From Leptolyngbyaceae cyanobacterium (GTDB lineage: Bacteria; Cyanobacteriota; Cyanobacteriia; Phormidesmidales; Phormidesmidaceae): a stretch of 64,000 bases of DNA. The translations under genes and the position numbers were made by a program. The DNA lies in NCBI GenBank assembly GCA_965263355.1, contig CBDHHL010000056.1:192001-256000 (forward strand), read 5' to 3'. Within the stretch, counting starts at the first letter, position 1. The number at the start of each line of letters is the position of its first letter. Of the stretch, positions 29,099 to 36,946 are shown in pieces. The notes under the pieces are model-generated. The model was not told the DNA's origin. It made no database searches and saw only the letters and a list, made by a program, of their open reading frames with translations.

Positions 29099-29460
29099 TT
29101 AAATACTATGAATATAATCACAATGAATCGCAAAATCTTTCTCATCACGAATGAAATGTTCCCAATAACGACGCTGCCAGAGATTTCCTTCCCTTCGTTT
29201 CTGTCGTGATTGAGAAATTGCCCGTCCAATCTTTAATTCAGCCCCATATCGTTTTGTCGCATAGGTTTTAATTAATCGCAGCCTGACCGAAAAATCCGCA
29301 TCATTTTCCGGCAACGTTAAGAGACAATGAAAATGCTCGGGAAGTAATACAATCGCATCTACGGAAAATGGATGACGTTCTTTAACCGTGATAAAAGCTT
29401 CTCGAAGCGCTTGGCGACCAATATCCCCACATAGCATTCTCGATGGGGGTGCGTTACTGA
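29099..29460 (-). pseudogene. REP-associated tyrosine transposase (RAYT/Y1) fragment, truncated at both ends
   Basis: HUH motif VLLPEHFHCL, LWQRRYWEHFIRDEKDF..HCDYIH, then a stop where YNPVKHG is expected; the N-terminal FFT strand is missing. Confidence 0.85.
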
Positions 29461-29470
29461 AATGCTTTTG

Positions 29471-29671
29471 TTAGAGCAAACTTGAAATTTTAATGACAAC
29501 TGCGCAACGGTCTTGTCTTTCCGACTCAATTTCATCAAGATCATCAATTGCCAAGACATATTGGGTCGCTATATCTTCTGTAGCGAAACAGGTAATAAAA
29601 CCAGACGTATTATCGGTGATACTTCCACCCAGACCAATAGCAACATCTCTTACCAGACTAAGCTGATCCAT
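29471..29671 (-). CDS. Small acidic hypothetical protein (66 aa)
   Basis: Strong Shine-Dalgarno GAAGGAGG 4 nt before the ATG; no family recognised. Confidence 0.55.
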   Translation of the reverse strand: MDQLSLVRDVAIGLGGSITDNTSGFITCFATEDIATQYVLAIDDLDEIESERQDRCAVVIKISSLL

Positions 29672-29793
29672 TTAACCTCCTTCAATGAAGCGTAGCTTTT
29701 ACCTTTGGCTTGATATCATCATTTACATCATGATCCAATCATTATTGGGCCATATAATAAAGGACGGTCGAAACTTTTATCAGAAACTTAGGT

Positions 29794-30291
29794 ATGAGCG
29801 AACTGCCAGAAGACTCCCAAGACCCACAGCACTATATTTTAGAAAATCAAGTACCTGTTATCTGCAATGACGAAACCGCCTGGCGAGCATTTATGCGTAA
29901 TGGAGAGAACCTACTGGTTGCGAAAGATGCAGTGGGTAAGTATACAATTGTAACCGTTTTCTTAGGGTTTAATCATGGTGATATAGAAACACCTAAATTT
30001 TTTCAAACCACCTGTTTTGGTGCCAGCAGCGAGATCCGATCAAAATATTCAGCAACCTGGGAACGCTCATGTTTACGGCATCGTGGCACTGTAGCCTGTG
30101 CTGAATCCTTAACGAAGTTTGCGGCAGATCAGGCAGCTGGTGTTGACAGGTCGTTTGAGTTCATCGACTGTAAGATTATTCCTGGTGAGCTGCAGTTTAT
30201 TCTTAAGTCCGAAGCTGACGCAATTGAGTTTATGCCAACAAATAGAAAAAACTGGGAACGTCGTGGACGTATGATCGTATTCTTGCTCTAG
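29794..30291 (+). CDS. Hypothetical protein (165 aa)
   Basis: Intact ORF; its N-terminus YILENQVPV.C is repeated by a paralogous fragment directly downstream, supporting coding status. Confidence 0.7.
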   Translation: MSELPEDSQDPQHYILENQVPVICNDETAWRAFMRNGENLLVAKDAVGKYTIVTVFLGFNHGDIETPKFFQTTCFGASSEIRSKYSATWERSCLRHRGTVACAESLTKFAADQAAGVDRSFEFIDCKIIPGELQFILKSEADAIEFMPTNRKNWERRGRMIVFLL

Positions 30292-30302
30292 GCGTAAACC
30301 TT

Positions 30303-30383
30303 ATGCAGGCTCAACGATACATTCTAGAAAACCAGGTGCCTGTCCCCTGTCAGGATGCTGCTGTCTGGCAAGAGCAAGAGTAG
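30303..30383 (+). pseudogene. Truncated paralogue of the 29794-30291 gene, cut at a REP
   Basis: MQAQRYILENQVPVPCQDAAVWQEQE* versus PQHYILENQVPVICNDETAWRAF; the stop TAG lies within the REP GTAG. Confidence 0.7.
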
Positions 30384-30469
30384 TGGTGCGTTGTCACGCA
30401 CCACTACTCAAAGTCGCAAGCAAGCGTAGCGTGACTCACGCACCACTTCCAAGAGATAACGCACCGCTA
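30380..30469. repeat. Cluster of GTAG-type REP sequences
   Basis: GTAGTGGTGCGT-TGTC-ACGCACCACTAC perfect 12-bp stem, followed by two half copies (TCACGCACCACT, TAACGCACCGCTA). Confidence 0.75.
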
Positions 30470-30472
30470 GAG

Positions 30473-30958
30473 TTAATAGCCTCTCTCACGTATCTCTCTT
30501 TGGCGCATGGGCATTGCATCTATTAGAGAGAACAATCTATGGGAGGTGACTGGCTGAGTTTGTCTAAGTTTTGTGGTGCCATCTTTACCCAGAAGAATAA
30601 CTGTAAATTCGGCATTTTTAACAGAAAAATATTCATAGAAAGGCTGACTAGAAAGACCAGTATCAACCTCACCGTTAACAGCCGCAGCCTCCTCACTCAC
30701 CAACCGCCACACTACCAAGTCACGAGCACTTAGTCCTGCCCCCATACCTGACAAATTAGCTGTTTGTTCTGCCAGGGTGGCATCATCACTGTCTGGTGCA
30801 AAGATCAAAAGCACACGGTTTTCCCACTGATAGTCTTCCATTAAACTATCTACACTGACAGTATCTTTTGTTCTAACTTTAGTTAACTCAAAGCCTTGCC
30901 CATTCCCTAGTAAGAGTAGGGTACTAAACAGTGTGGATAAAAGTATTAAGCCCTTCAT
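30473..30958 (-). CDS. DUF4174-type exported thioredoxin-like protein
   Basis: YQWENRVLLIFAP, FTVILLGKDGTTK, LFSLIDAMPMRQRE; signal peptide. Confidence 0.85.
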   Translation of the reverse strand: MKGLILLSTLFSTLLLLGNGQGFELTKVRTKDTVSVDSLMEDYQWENRVLLIFAPDSDDATLAEQTANLSGMGAGLSARDLVVWRLVSEEAAAVNGEVDTGLSSQPFYEYFSVKNAEFTVILLGKDGTTKLRQTQPVTSHRLFSLIDAMPMRQREIRERGY

Positions 30959-31302
30959 ACATCTATGGATTTTGCCTAGACCAATTATTTTTATTCTAGG
31001 GTCAATAAATTTAGAACGCTATATATATTGTTCTGTATACCTAACTACCGTTGCACTTATATTTCTGCAGCACTGCCTTTCTCACTTGGGTCAATCCACC
31101 GTGTGTCCTGCTGTAATGGATAGATAAGGGGTATTATCAAATATGTTGTTTCCAAAACAGCTGGGGATTCTGAGCCAGTTTTGTCGTTGAGACTAGAATG
31201 CCTAAATTTGCTTATTAGGGCTAATGCGTATGTAGGCGATGTGTTGCTAGGCACTCAGCCCAAGATGCATTACTGGGTTCTTGTAAAGTAATGTAAACAT
31301 TT

Positions 31303-31354
31303 TGCCGTCATGATGGCAAAACGGCTTGACGGCATCAAATAACCTCGGTATGTT
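31303..31354 (+). promoter_or_regulatory. Promoter of the RHH-ycf46-ycf35 operon, overlapped by four contiguous 8-mer repeats
   Basis: TTGACG(31326)-N17-TATGTT; units TGCCGTCA (inverted), TGATGGCA, AAACGGCT, TGACGGCA. Confidence 0.55.
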
Positions 31355-31408
31355 TACTCCATGGGTGGAAGCGCCCCATGAATTAATTCCTAATTTATTA
31401 AGGTTAAT

Positions 31409-31762
31409 ATGCAAGGTAAGCAGAAGGTCACTCTTTACATGCACGATGACCTGCACCGCCAGCTTAAGATTCGCGCTGCGGTAGATGGGGAGCCCATGTC
31501 TACCTTGGCTGAACGGGCAATTGGGTTTTATCTTAATCATTCCGATGTTGTTGATGGAGTTCAGGGAACGGCACATTTGGTTTACGAATGTCCCTCTTGT
31601 GCGACATCTGTGGTGGTGAGAGATGGTGACCTGATGGCGGTTAATAGTCATGGAGATTTACATGTGGAGTCTTTGACTGAAGTGCCTGATGTTGTTCCTA
31701 GTGAAGTGCCTGATGTTGTTCCTAGTGAAGTGCCTGATGAAGGGGAGCTAGTTCCCTGTTAG
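31409..31762 (+). CDS. Ribbon-helix-helix protein with CxxC motif (Slr0373-like), first gene of the ycf46 operon
   Basis: KQKVTLYMHDDLHRQLKIRAAVDGEPMSTLAERAI RHH pattern; YECPSC; ends ELVPC. Confidence 0.8.
   Translation: MQGKQKVTLYMHDDLHRQLKIRAAVDGEPMSTLAERAIGFYLNHSDVVDGVQGTAHLVYECPSCATSVVVRDGDLMAVNSHGDLHVESLTEVPDVVPSEVPDVVPSEVPDEGELVPC
31678..31739 (+). repeat. 24-bp tandem repeat (about 2.6 copies) encoding EVPDVVPS
   Basis: TGAAGTGCCTGATGTTGTTCCTAG x2 + TGAAGTGCCTGATG. Confidence 0.9.
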
Positions 31763-31863
31763 GGAAAGCTACAGCCCTTGAGTTATGGTGCTGAATTGTG
31801 CTCGTAAGGCTATAGGGTTTAATGGATCTGTTGGTATCGGTCGGCGTTGAGAGGATAAAAATT

Positions 31864-33372
31864 ATGAAAGAAGAGCTCCAGGTCCTAATTAAGGCTCAGT
31901 ATCCTCTGATTTATTTGCTAACGTTCGAGGAAGAGAGAGCGGAGCGTACAATTGCTGCGATAACCAAACAGCAACCTCAACGCCGTTTATTTACCTGGAC
32001 GGTTACCCATGGTGTTGTTGAGTATGGTCAAGCCCGTGGGTCTCAGAATAGTAATACGGTTTCTCCTGAGGCGGCGATAGATTGGGCAATTCGTCAGAAG
32101 GAGCCAGGGATTTATGTGTTTAAGGATCTCCATCCGTTTATGGATTCGCCAGCGGTAACGCGGTGTTTGCGGGATGCGATCGCAAGTTTCAAAGGCACTC
32201 ACAAGACCATTATCTTAATGTCTCCGGTGCAAGAGATTCCGGTGGAACTTGAGAAGGAAGTTGTGGTTTTAGACTTCTCTATGCCCAGCATGAGTGAGTT
32301 GAACAAAGTGCTCACGGCAGAATCAAGTAGGGCTCAAGGGTCGAACATTACCACTGATGTTCGTGAGAAACTTTTGAAGGCAGCTCTGGGTTTGACCGAA
32401 GACGAAGCGGAGAAAGTATTTCGTAAGGCCAGGGTGGTTGCTGGCAAGCTAACCGAATCCGAGGTGGATATTGTTCTCTCTGAGAAAAAGCAGCTGATCC
32501 GACGTAATGGCATTTTGGAATATATAGAAGAAGATGAGACCCTGGATTCGGTGGGGGGGTTAGAGGAACTTAAACGTTGGTTGAGACAGCGTTCTAATGC
32601 CTTTACCGAGCGGGCTCGTGAATATGGTTTGCCGCAGCCAAAGGGAATGTTAATTTTGGGAGTACCCGGTTGTGGTAAGTCTCTGATTGCAAAAACCACA
32701 GCGCGCCTTTGGGGACTGCCCCTGTTGCGGTTAGACATTGGCCGAGTATATGACGGGTCCATGGTGGGTCGTTCCGAGGCCAATCTACGGGGGGCGTTAC
32801 GCACAGCTGAGTCCATCTCGCCAGCAATTCTCTTTATTGATGAGATTGATAAAGCCTTTGCAGGTGGTGCTGGTTCTGCTGATTCTGATGGCGGTACTTC
32901 CAGCCGTATCTTTGGTAGCTTTCTCACCTGGATGCAGGAAAAGAATTCACCAGTGTTTGTGATGGCCACGGCTAACCGAGTGGAGCGGTTACCCAGTGAG
33001 TTTTTACGTAAGGGCCGATTTGACGAAATCTTCTTTGTGGATCTTCCCAATGAAGAAGAGCGTAAAGAGATCTTTAAAATTCATCTTAGTAAGCGTCGCC
33101 GCGATATCGAACGCTTTGATTTCGATCAGCTAACTAAGGTGTGTGAAGGGTTTTCGGGGGCTGAGATTGAACAGGGTTTAATCTCGGCAATGTATGAAGC
33201 GTTTGCCCAGGGTCGAGAGTTTAATCAACTCGATATTATTGCAGCGATCCGGGCTACCTTGCCATTATCTAAGACCATGAATGAACAGGTGACGGCGCTT
33301 CGAGATTGGGCACGGCAGCGTGCTCGCCCCGCTGCTTCATCCGTCGCTGAATATCAGCGGATGGAGTTTTAA
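31864..33372 (+). CDS. ycf46: Ycf46 AAA+ ATPase (Slr0374-like)
   Basis: MKEELQVLIKAQYPLIYL, GVPGCGKSLIAK, LFIDEIDK, FLRKGRFDEIFFVDLP, ends VAEYQRMEF. Confidence 0.93.
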   Translation: MKEELQVLIKAQYPLIYLLTFEEERAERTIAAITKQQPQRRLFTWTVTHGVVEYGQARGSQNSNTVSPEAAIDWAIRQKEPGIYVFKDLHPFMDSPAVTRCLRDAIASFKGTHKTIILMSPVQEIPVELEKEVVVLDFSMPSMSELNKVLTAESSRAQGSNITTDVREKLLKAALGLTEDEAEKVFRKARVVAGKLTESEVDIVLSEKKQLIRRNGILEYIEEDETLDSVGGLEELKRWLRQRSNAFTERAREYGLPQPKGMLILGVPGCGKSLIAKTTARLWGLPLLRLDIGRVYDGSMVGRSEANLRGALRTAESISPAILFIDEIDKAFAGGAGSADSDGGTSSRIFGSFLTWMQEKNSPVFVMATANRVERLPSEFLRKGRFDEIFFVDLPNEEERKEIFKIHLSKRRRDIERFDFDQLTKVCEGFSGAEIEQGLISAMYEAFAQGREFNQLDIIAAIRATLPLSKTMNEQVTALRDWARQRARPAASSVAEYQRMEF

Positions 33373-33530
33373 CAGGCTTTTGTTAGGGGCTTTCCCCTGG
33401 CAGAGGGCTAACCTAAAAGGTTAGCAGTTTTGAGGCAATAGCTTAGCAAATAACTACTCTAAATTTGTTAATCTGTTGGCTTTGCGTTTTCTAGTTCTGT
33501 ATCTCTCATTTCCTACTGGAGGAAACACCA

Positions 33531-33881
33531 ATGTCTCATTTTAGTACTTTACGCACTAAGATCACTGAAGCTGAAATTCTTACTTCTTCTCTAAAGGACC
33601 TCGGCATCTCAGTTAAGACTGAAGCTGATGTTCGTGGTTACAATGGTCAGCGCGTTCGTGCCGACATCGTAGCTGTTCTAGAAGGTGAGTATGATCTAGG
33701 CTGGTCCCGCAATGCTGACGGCTCATTTGATCTAATTGCTGACCTTTGGGGTGTTGCTAAGAAGCATAACCAGACTGAGCTAATCAACTCCATTAACCAG
33801 AAGTATGCGGTTAACCGGACTCTAGCTGAGGTTAAGCGCCCTGGGTTACAGAACGCGAACGTGAAGTTGGTTCTTCAGTAG
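33531..33881 (+). CDS. ycf35: Ycf35 / DUF1257 protein
   Basis: MSHFSTLRTKIT, VRGYNGQ, FDLIADLWG, INQKYA; GGAGG RBS. Confidence 0.93.
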   Translation: MSHFSTLRTKITEAEILTSSLKDLGISVKTEADVRGYNGQRVRADIVAVLEGEYDLGWSRNADGSFDLIADLWGVAKKHNQTELINSINQKYAVNRTLAEVKRPGLQNANVKLVLQ

Positions 33882-33927
33882 AAAAGACTACTGCTGATTC
33901 CTATACGCGTTCCCGCGCAGTGTTCAG

Positions 33928-33954
33928 GCTGGCTCTCAATGAGCCAGCTTTTTT
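33928..33954 (+). terminator. Intrinsic terminator of the ycf46 operon
   Basis: GCTGGCTC-TCAAT-GAGCCAGC-TTTTTT. Confidence 0.85.
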
Positions 33955-33980
33955 AACGCAATTGGCTGAATATAGTCAGT

Positions 33981-34143
33981 TAAGTAGGTAGGCAAAATAA
34001 CTTACACAAGAACTTTTCAAGGATGACACTCTTGAAAAGTCCCCCAACCCCCAATTCTGGGAGATTCGGAACTCAAAGTCCCCCAGAATTGGGGGATTTA
34101 GGATGCTTCCAGGATTTTGAAATTAATTGTGCTCATCTACTTA
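33981..34143. mobile_element. MITE-like element (163 bp) with imperfect TIRs, TA ends and REP-like interior
   Basis: Left TAAGTAGGTAGGCAAAATAA; right end reverse complement TAAGTAGATGAGCACAATTAA; interior CCCCCAATTCTGGG / CCCCCAGAATTGGGGG. Confidence 0.72.
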
Positions 34144-34266
34144 ATTGTGCCAACCATATCTTTTGATATCTAAGGCTTTCAGTGATTACCAATACTGTGA
34201 CCTATATGCGCAAACCTATATGTACGCTCTAAAGCGCTATGATTTTGAATAGATAATCAAAGCACC

Positions 34267-34581
34267 ATGAAAACAACGACTTCGACTAATGTTTTGCCTA
34301 TCTTTCAGGCATTTTCAGAGCCCTATCGCTTGCAAGTAATTGAGTTATTGCGCGATCGCGAACTATGCGCCTGCGATATTGCTAATCACTTAGGGATTAG
34401 CGCCTCCAAGCTTTCCTTTCACCTCAAAACCTTGCGTGAAGCAGGGTTGATCCAGGGTAGGCAAGAAGGCCGCTGGATCTATTACCGATTGAATTTGCCG
34501 CAGTTTGTGGTGTTAGAGCAGTACCTGTCTGAGTTTCGACGCTTAAGCCCAATTTTACCGGCCAGGAGTTGCGTAGATTAA
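34267..34581 (+). CDS. ArsR/SmtB family transcriptional regulator
   Basis: FQAFSEPYRLQVIELL, ELCACDI, SKLSFHLKTLREAGLI, RQEGRWIYYRL. Confidence 0.92.
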   Translation: MKTTTSTNVLPIFQAFSEPYRLQVIELLRDRELCACDIANHLGISASKLSFHLKTLREAGLIQGRQEGRWIYYRLNLPQFVVLEQYLSEFRRLSPILPARSCVD

Positions 34582-34585
34582 TCTT

Positions 34586-34870
34586 TTATTTGAATTGTAG
34601 AACGGTGACTTTACTGTCAGGTTGCTCCAAGTATTGCTGAGCAGTGTCTTCGATTTTTTTAAGCTGTCCTAATGCTAACCCACAAGGAAAACCATATTTA
34701 GCTTTAACCCGATCGCTGGCGATTTGTAAAGAATCGCGGGAACGTTGTAAAAAATCAGTGATGGTGTAAGTTTCGCCAGCCTGGAAGTAGTCTTTGACGA
34801 TCAGCGATGGGGAGTAGCAGCTTTCCTGCTGACCATCTGGCCATTGGATATGAAACCGAATTTCAGGCAT
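34586..34870 (-). CDS. MSMEG_0570 family nitrogen-starvation response protein
   Basis: MPEIRFHIQWPDGQQESCYSPSLIVKDYF, ASDRVKAKYGFPC. Confidence 0.88.
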   Translation of the reverse strand: MPEIRFHIQWPDGQQESCYSPSLIVKDYFQAGETYTITDFLQRSRDSLQIASDRVKAKYGFPCGLALGQLKKIEDTAQQYLEQPDSKVTVLQFK

Positions 34871-35183
34871 GGTACTTCCAGGAAAAAGACTATTGGTATA
34901 TCGCGATTGACGAATAGTTTTATATAACCACTATAGCGGTAACTGTTTTCTATCATCTGTAACAGATTTTTGTTTGTGCAGTCGGATCGTTTCCAGACAT
35001 TTAGACGTTAGCTTGCTCAAACCCATCAGACATCTGCGGACATTGTTGGCCAGTTCAATGCAGTAAACATATACAAGGTCGAATTTATTGGGATATGGGG
35101 AGTTTGGTAGTGGCATAGTAAGTCCAGTCACAAATAACTGTATTAAGGGTTTAACCTTATTGCCAAAATAGGAGACCCTGCTT

Positions 35184-35594
35184 CAGAATGCGTAAGTTAT
35201 TTCACGGAGAACTGTGACTCTTTACAGGCTTTTCATCAATTATTATTGATTCATCGTTGCTCGATAGATATTACTCAAGAAAGTCATCTCCAATGCTTAG
35301 AAATGATGTTCTAAATATCTGTACCTTGCCGGGTCAAACACTACAGTTGGGTGTTACACAAAGTCATCTCCAATGTTTAGAAATAACGAGAACCTTTGCT
35401 GCCAGGGCCATTGGTGTGAGCAATTACGGGGCTTTCCCGGTAATGTAGCAGACTTGGTATTGATCACTGCAAATTTTGTTTCTGAAGTGATTGGGACGGC
35501 TCCGTTAGAACGTACGGTGATTAAAGCAGGGAAGATTGTTGCTGAGACCCATGCTCAACGGATATTATTAAGCCCTGAGGTCAGCTCAGTGTAA
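35184..35594 (+). pseudogene. Decayed C-terminal fragment of a cytosine-deaminase-like metal amidohydrolase
   Basis: Two frames join at ~35440: CLEITRTFAARAIGVSNYG then PGNVADLVLITANFVSEVIGTAPLERTVIKAGKIVA; no N-terminal HxH region seen. Confidence 0.6.
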
Positions 35595-36703
35595 AGCTCC
35601 AGATGCATTTTGGCGGATTGTTGCCAGCTGTAGCGATTGACAATGGGGCGGCTGTGGTCGATCAGTTTTTGGGCAGTGTTAGGGTTAAGGAGGGTGACCA
35701 TAGCAGTTGCGATCGCATCCACATCCTCAGGGTTTACCAGCATGGCATCCTGCGCTGACAAAAACTCCGTAAACGGGGCCTGGTTAGAGGTAAGTACAGG
35801 GAGGCCAGATGCGATCGCTTCTAAGACCACCAGCCCCCAACCTTCTTGCACTGAGGGAAATACAAAAACATCGGCTAAACGGTAGAGCGTTGGCAGGTCC
35901 GCATCGGGGATGACTCCGGGGAGTACCAAACTATCGGTCAGGCCATAGGCATCTACCAGCGTCATAAACGTTTGTCGGTAGGCCTGATAGTCAAACAACG
36001 TGGCCCCACCAGCAATCACTAGCTGCGCCTGGGGATTTACCTGTCTTACCTGGTGAAAGGCCCTCAGTAAGTTAAGCGAGTTCTTACGGGGCTCAATACC
36101 ACCGACAGTCAGGTACACTGGGCCATTGCGAATGCCATAGGCGTTGGCTAAAGCTGGTTCGGAACCGTTAGGCTGGGCAGAGAACCGACTGCTGACACCG
36201 TTGATGACTCGATGGGCTTCGATGCCATAGTCTTTTTCTAACGTCCGTTGCCAGACATCACTGACACAGAGACAGCGTTGAGGCTGGTAGATGGATTTCT
36301 CTTGACAGTCTTGTAGATAGGGGCTTTGAAAGTCTTCGATGTGGTGAACCGTACGGACAAAATGGGGAATACGACCCTGTTGTTTAAGGATGGCCAGGGC
36401 ATTGGCACTGAGGCAGTCTTGGGCATGGTAGATGTCGTATTGGTGGGGATGGTTTTGGAAAAAGCTGACGAATTCTCCAATTCTTTGTTGAATGAGTTGA
36501 TCGATGCCTTGATGGCAGGGAGCCGCAGGGACGGAACAGGTTGAAAATGAGGTCGGGCGATGAAAGCCTTGCTTATCTTTGTCAAGGGCAAAAACACGGG
36601 GATGGTGGCCAAGTTTGGTCAGGGCTTCAGCTAGCTCCAGGGTGTGGATAACGCTGCCACGGGGTTTGGTTGAATACGTTAGGAGGGCGATGCGGAGAGC
36701 CAT
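35555..36703 (-). CDS. MSMEG_0565 family glycosyltransferase (GT4)
   Basis: LRIALLTYSTKPRGSVIHTLELAEAL, YHAQDCLSANAL, VRTVHH, VGGIEPRKN, EGWGLVVLEAIASG. Confidence 0.9.
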   Translation of the reverse strand: MALRIALLTYSTKPRGSVIHTLELAEALTKLGHHPRVFALDKDKQGFHRPTSFSTCSVPAAPCHQGIDQLIQQRIGEFVSFFQNHPHQYDIYHAQDCLSANALAILKQQGRIPHFVRTVHHIEDFQSPYLQDCQEKSIYQPQRCLCVSDVWQRTLEKDYGIEAHRVINGVSSRFSAQPNGSEPALANAYGIRNGPVYLTVGGIEPRKNSLNLLRAFHQVRQVNPQAQLVIAGGATLFDYQAYRQTFMTLVDAYGLTDSLVLPGVIPDADLPTLYRLADVFVFPSVQEGWGLVVLEAIASGLPVLTSNQAPFTEFLSAQDAMLVNPEDVDAIATAMVTLLNPNTAQKLIDHSRPIVNRYSWQQSAKMHLELYTELTSGLNNIR

Positions 36704-36946
36704 GAAAGGGCCGAAGGGATGGATTATCTGATGTTGATCAACCTGAGACTAATCAGATTACCGAAATAATGAACTGCATTTTATATTTTCTTTGTGTTCT
36801 TGCGTTTGCGCTAGAAATAATACTAGGAGCAAGCACCCTCGCCCTATTACCCATGTTATAAACGAATAGTTATCGGTTTAGCAGGACTGTGCCGGAAGTT
36901 TGGTGTAGATGCCTGCAATCTTTACTAGGGTTAGAGGAAGGCAAAG

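Noticed and set aside
30380..30469. Repeated palindromes as a CRISPR array
   Set aside because: Units are unequal, spacers short and irregular, no cas genes; fits REPs.
31678..31739. 24-bp repeats as a mini CRISPR
   Set aside because: Abutting in-frame copies with no spacers.
32334..33050. 238-aa minus-strand ORF
   Set aside because: Antisense shadow of ycf46.
34931..35131. 66-aa minus-strand ORF between the Nit1C-type genes
   Set aside because: No similarity that I can see to any missing Nit1C member; no RBS.
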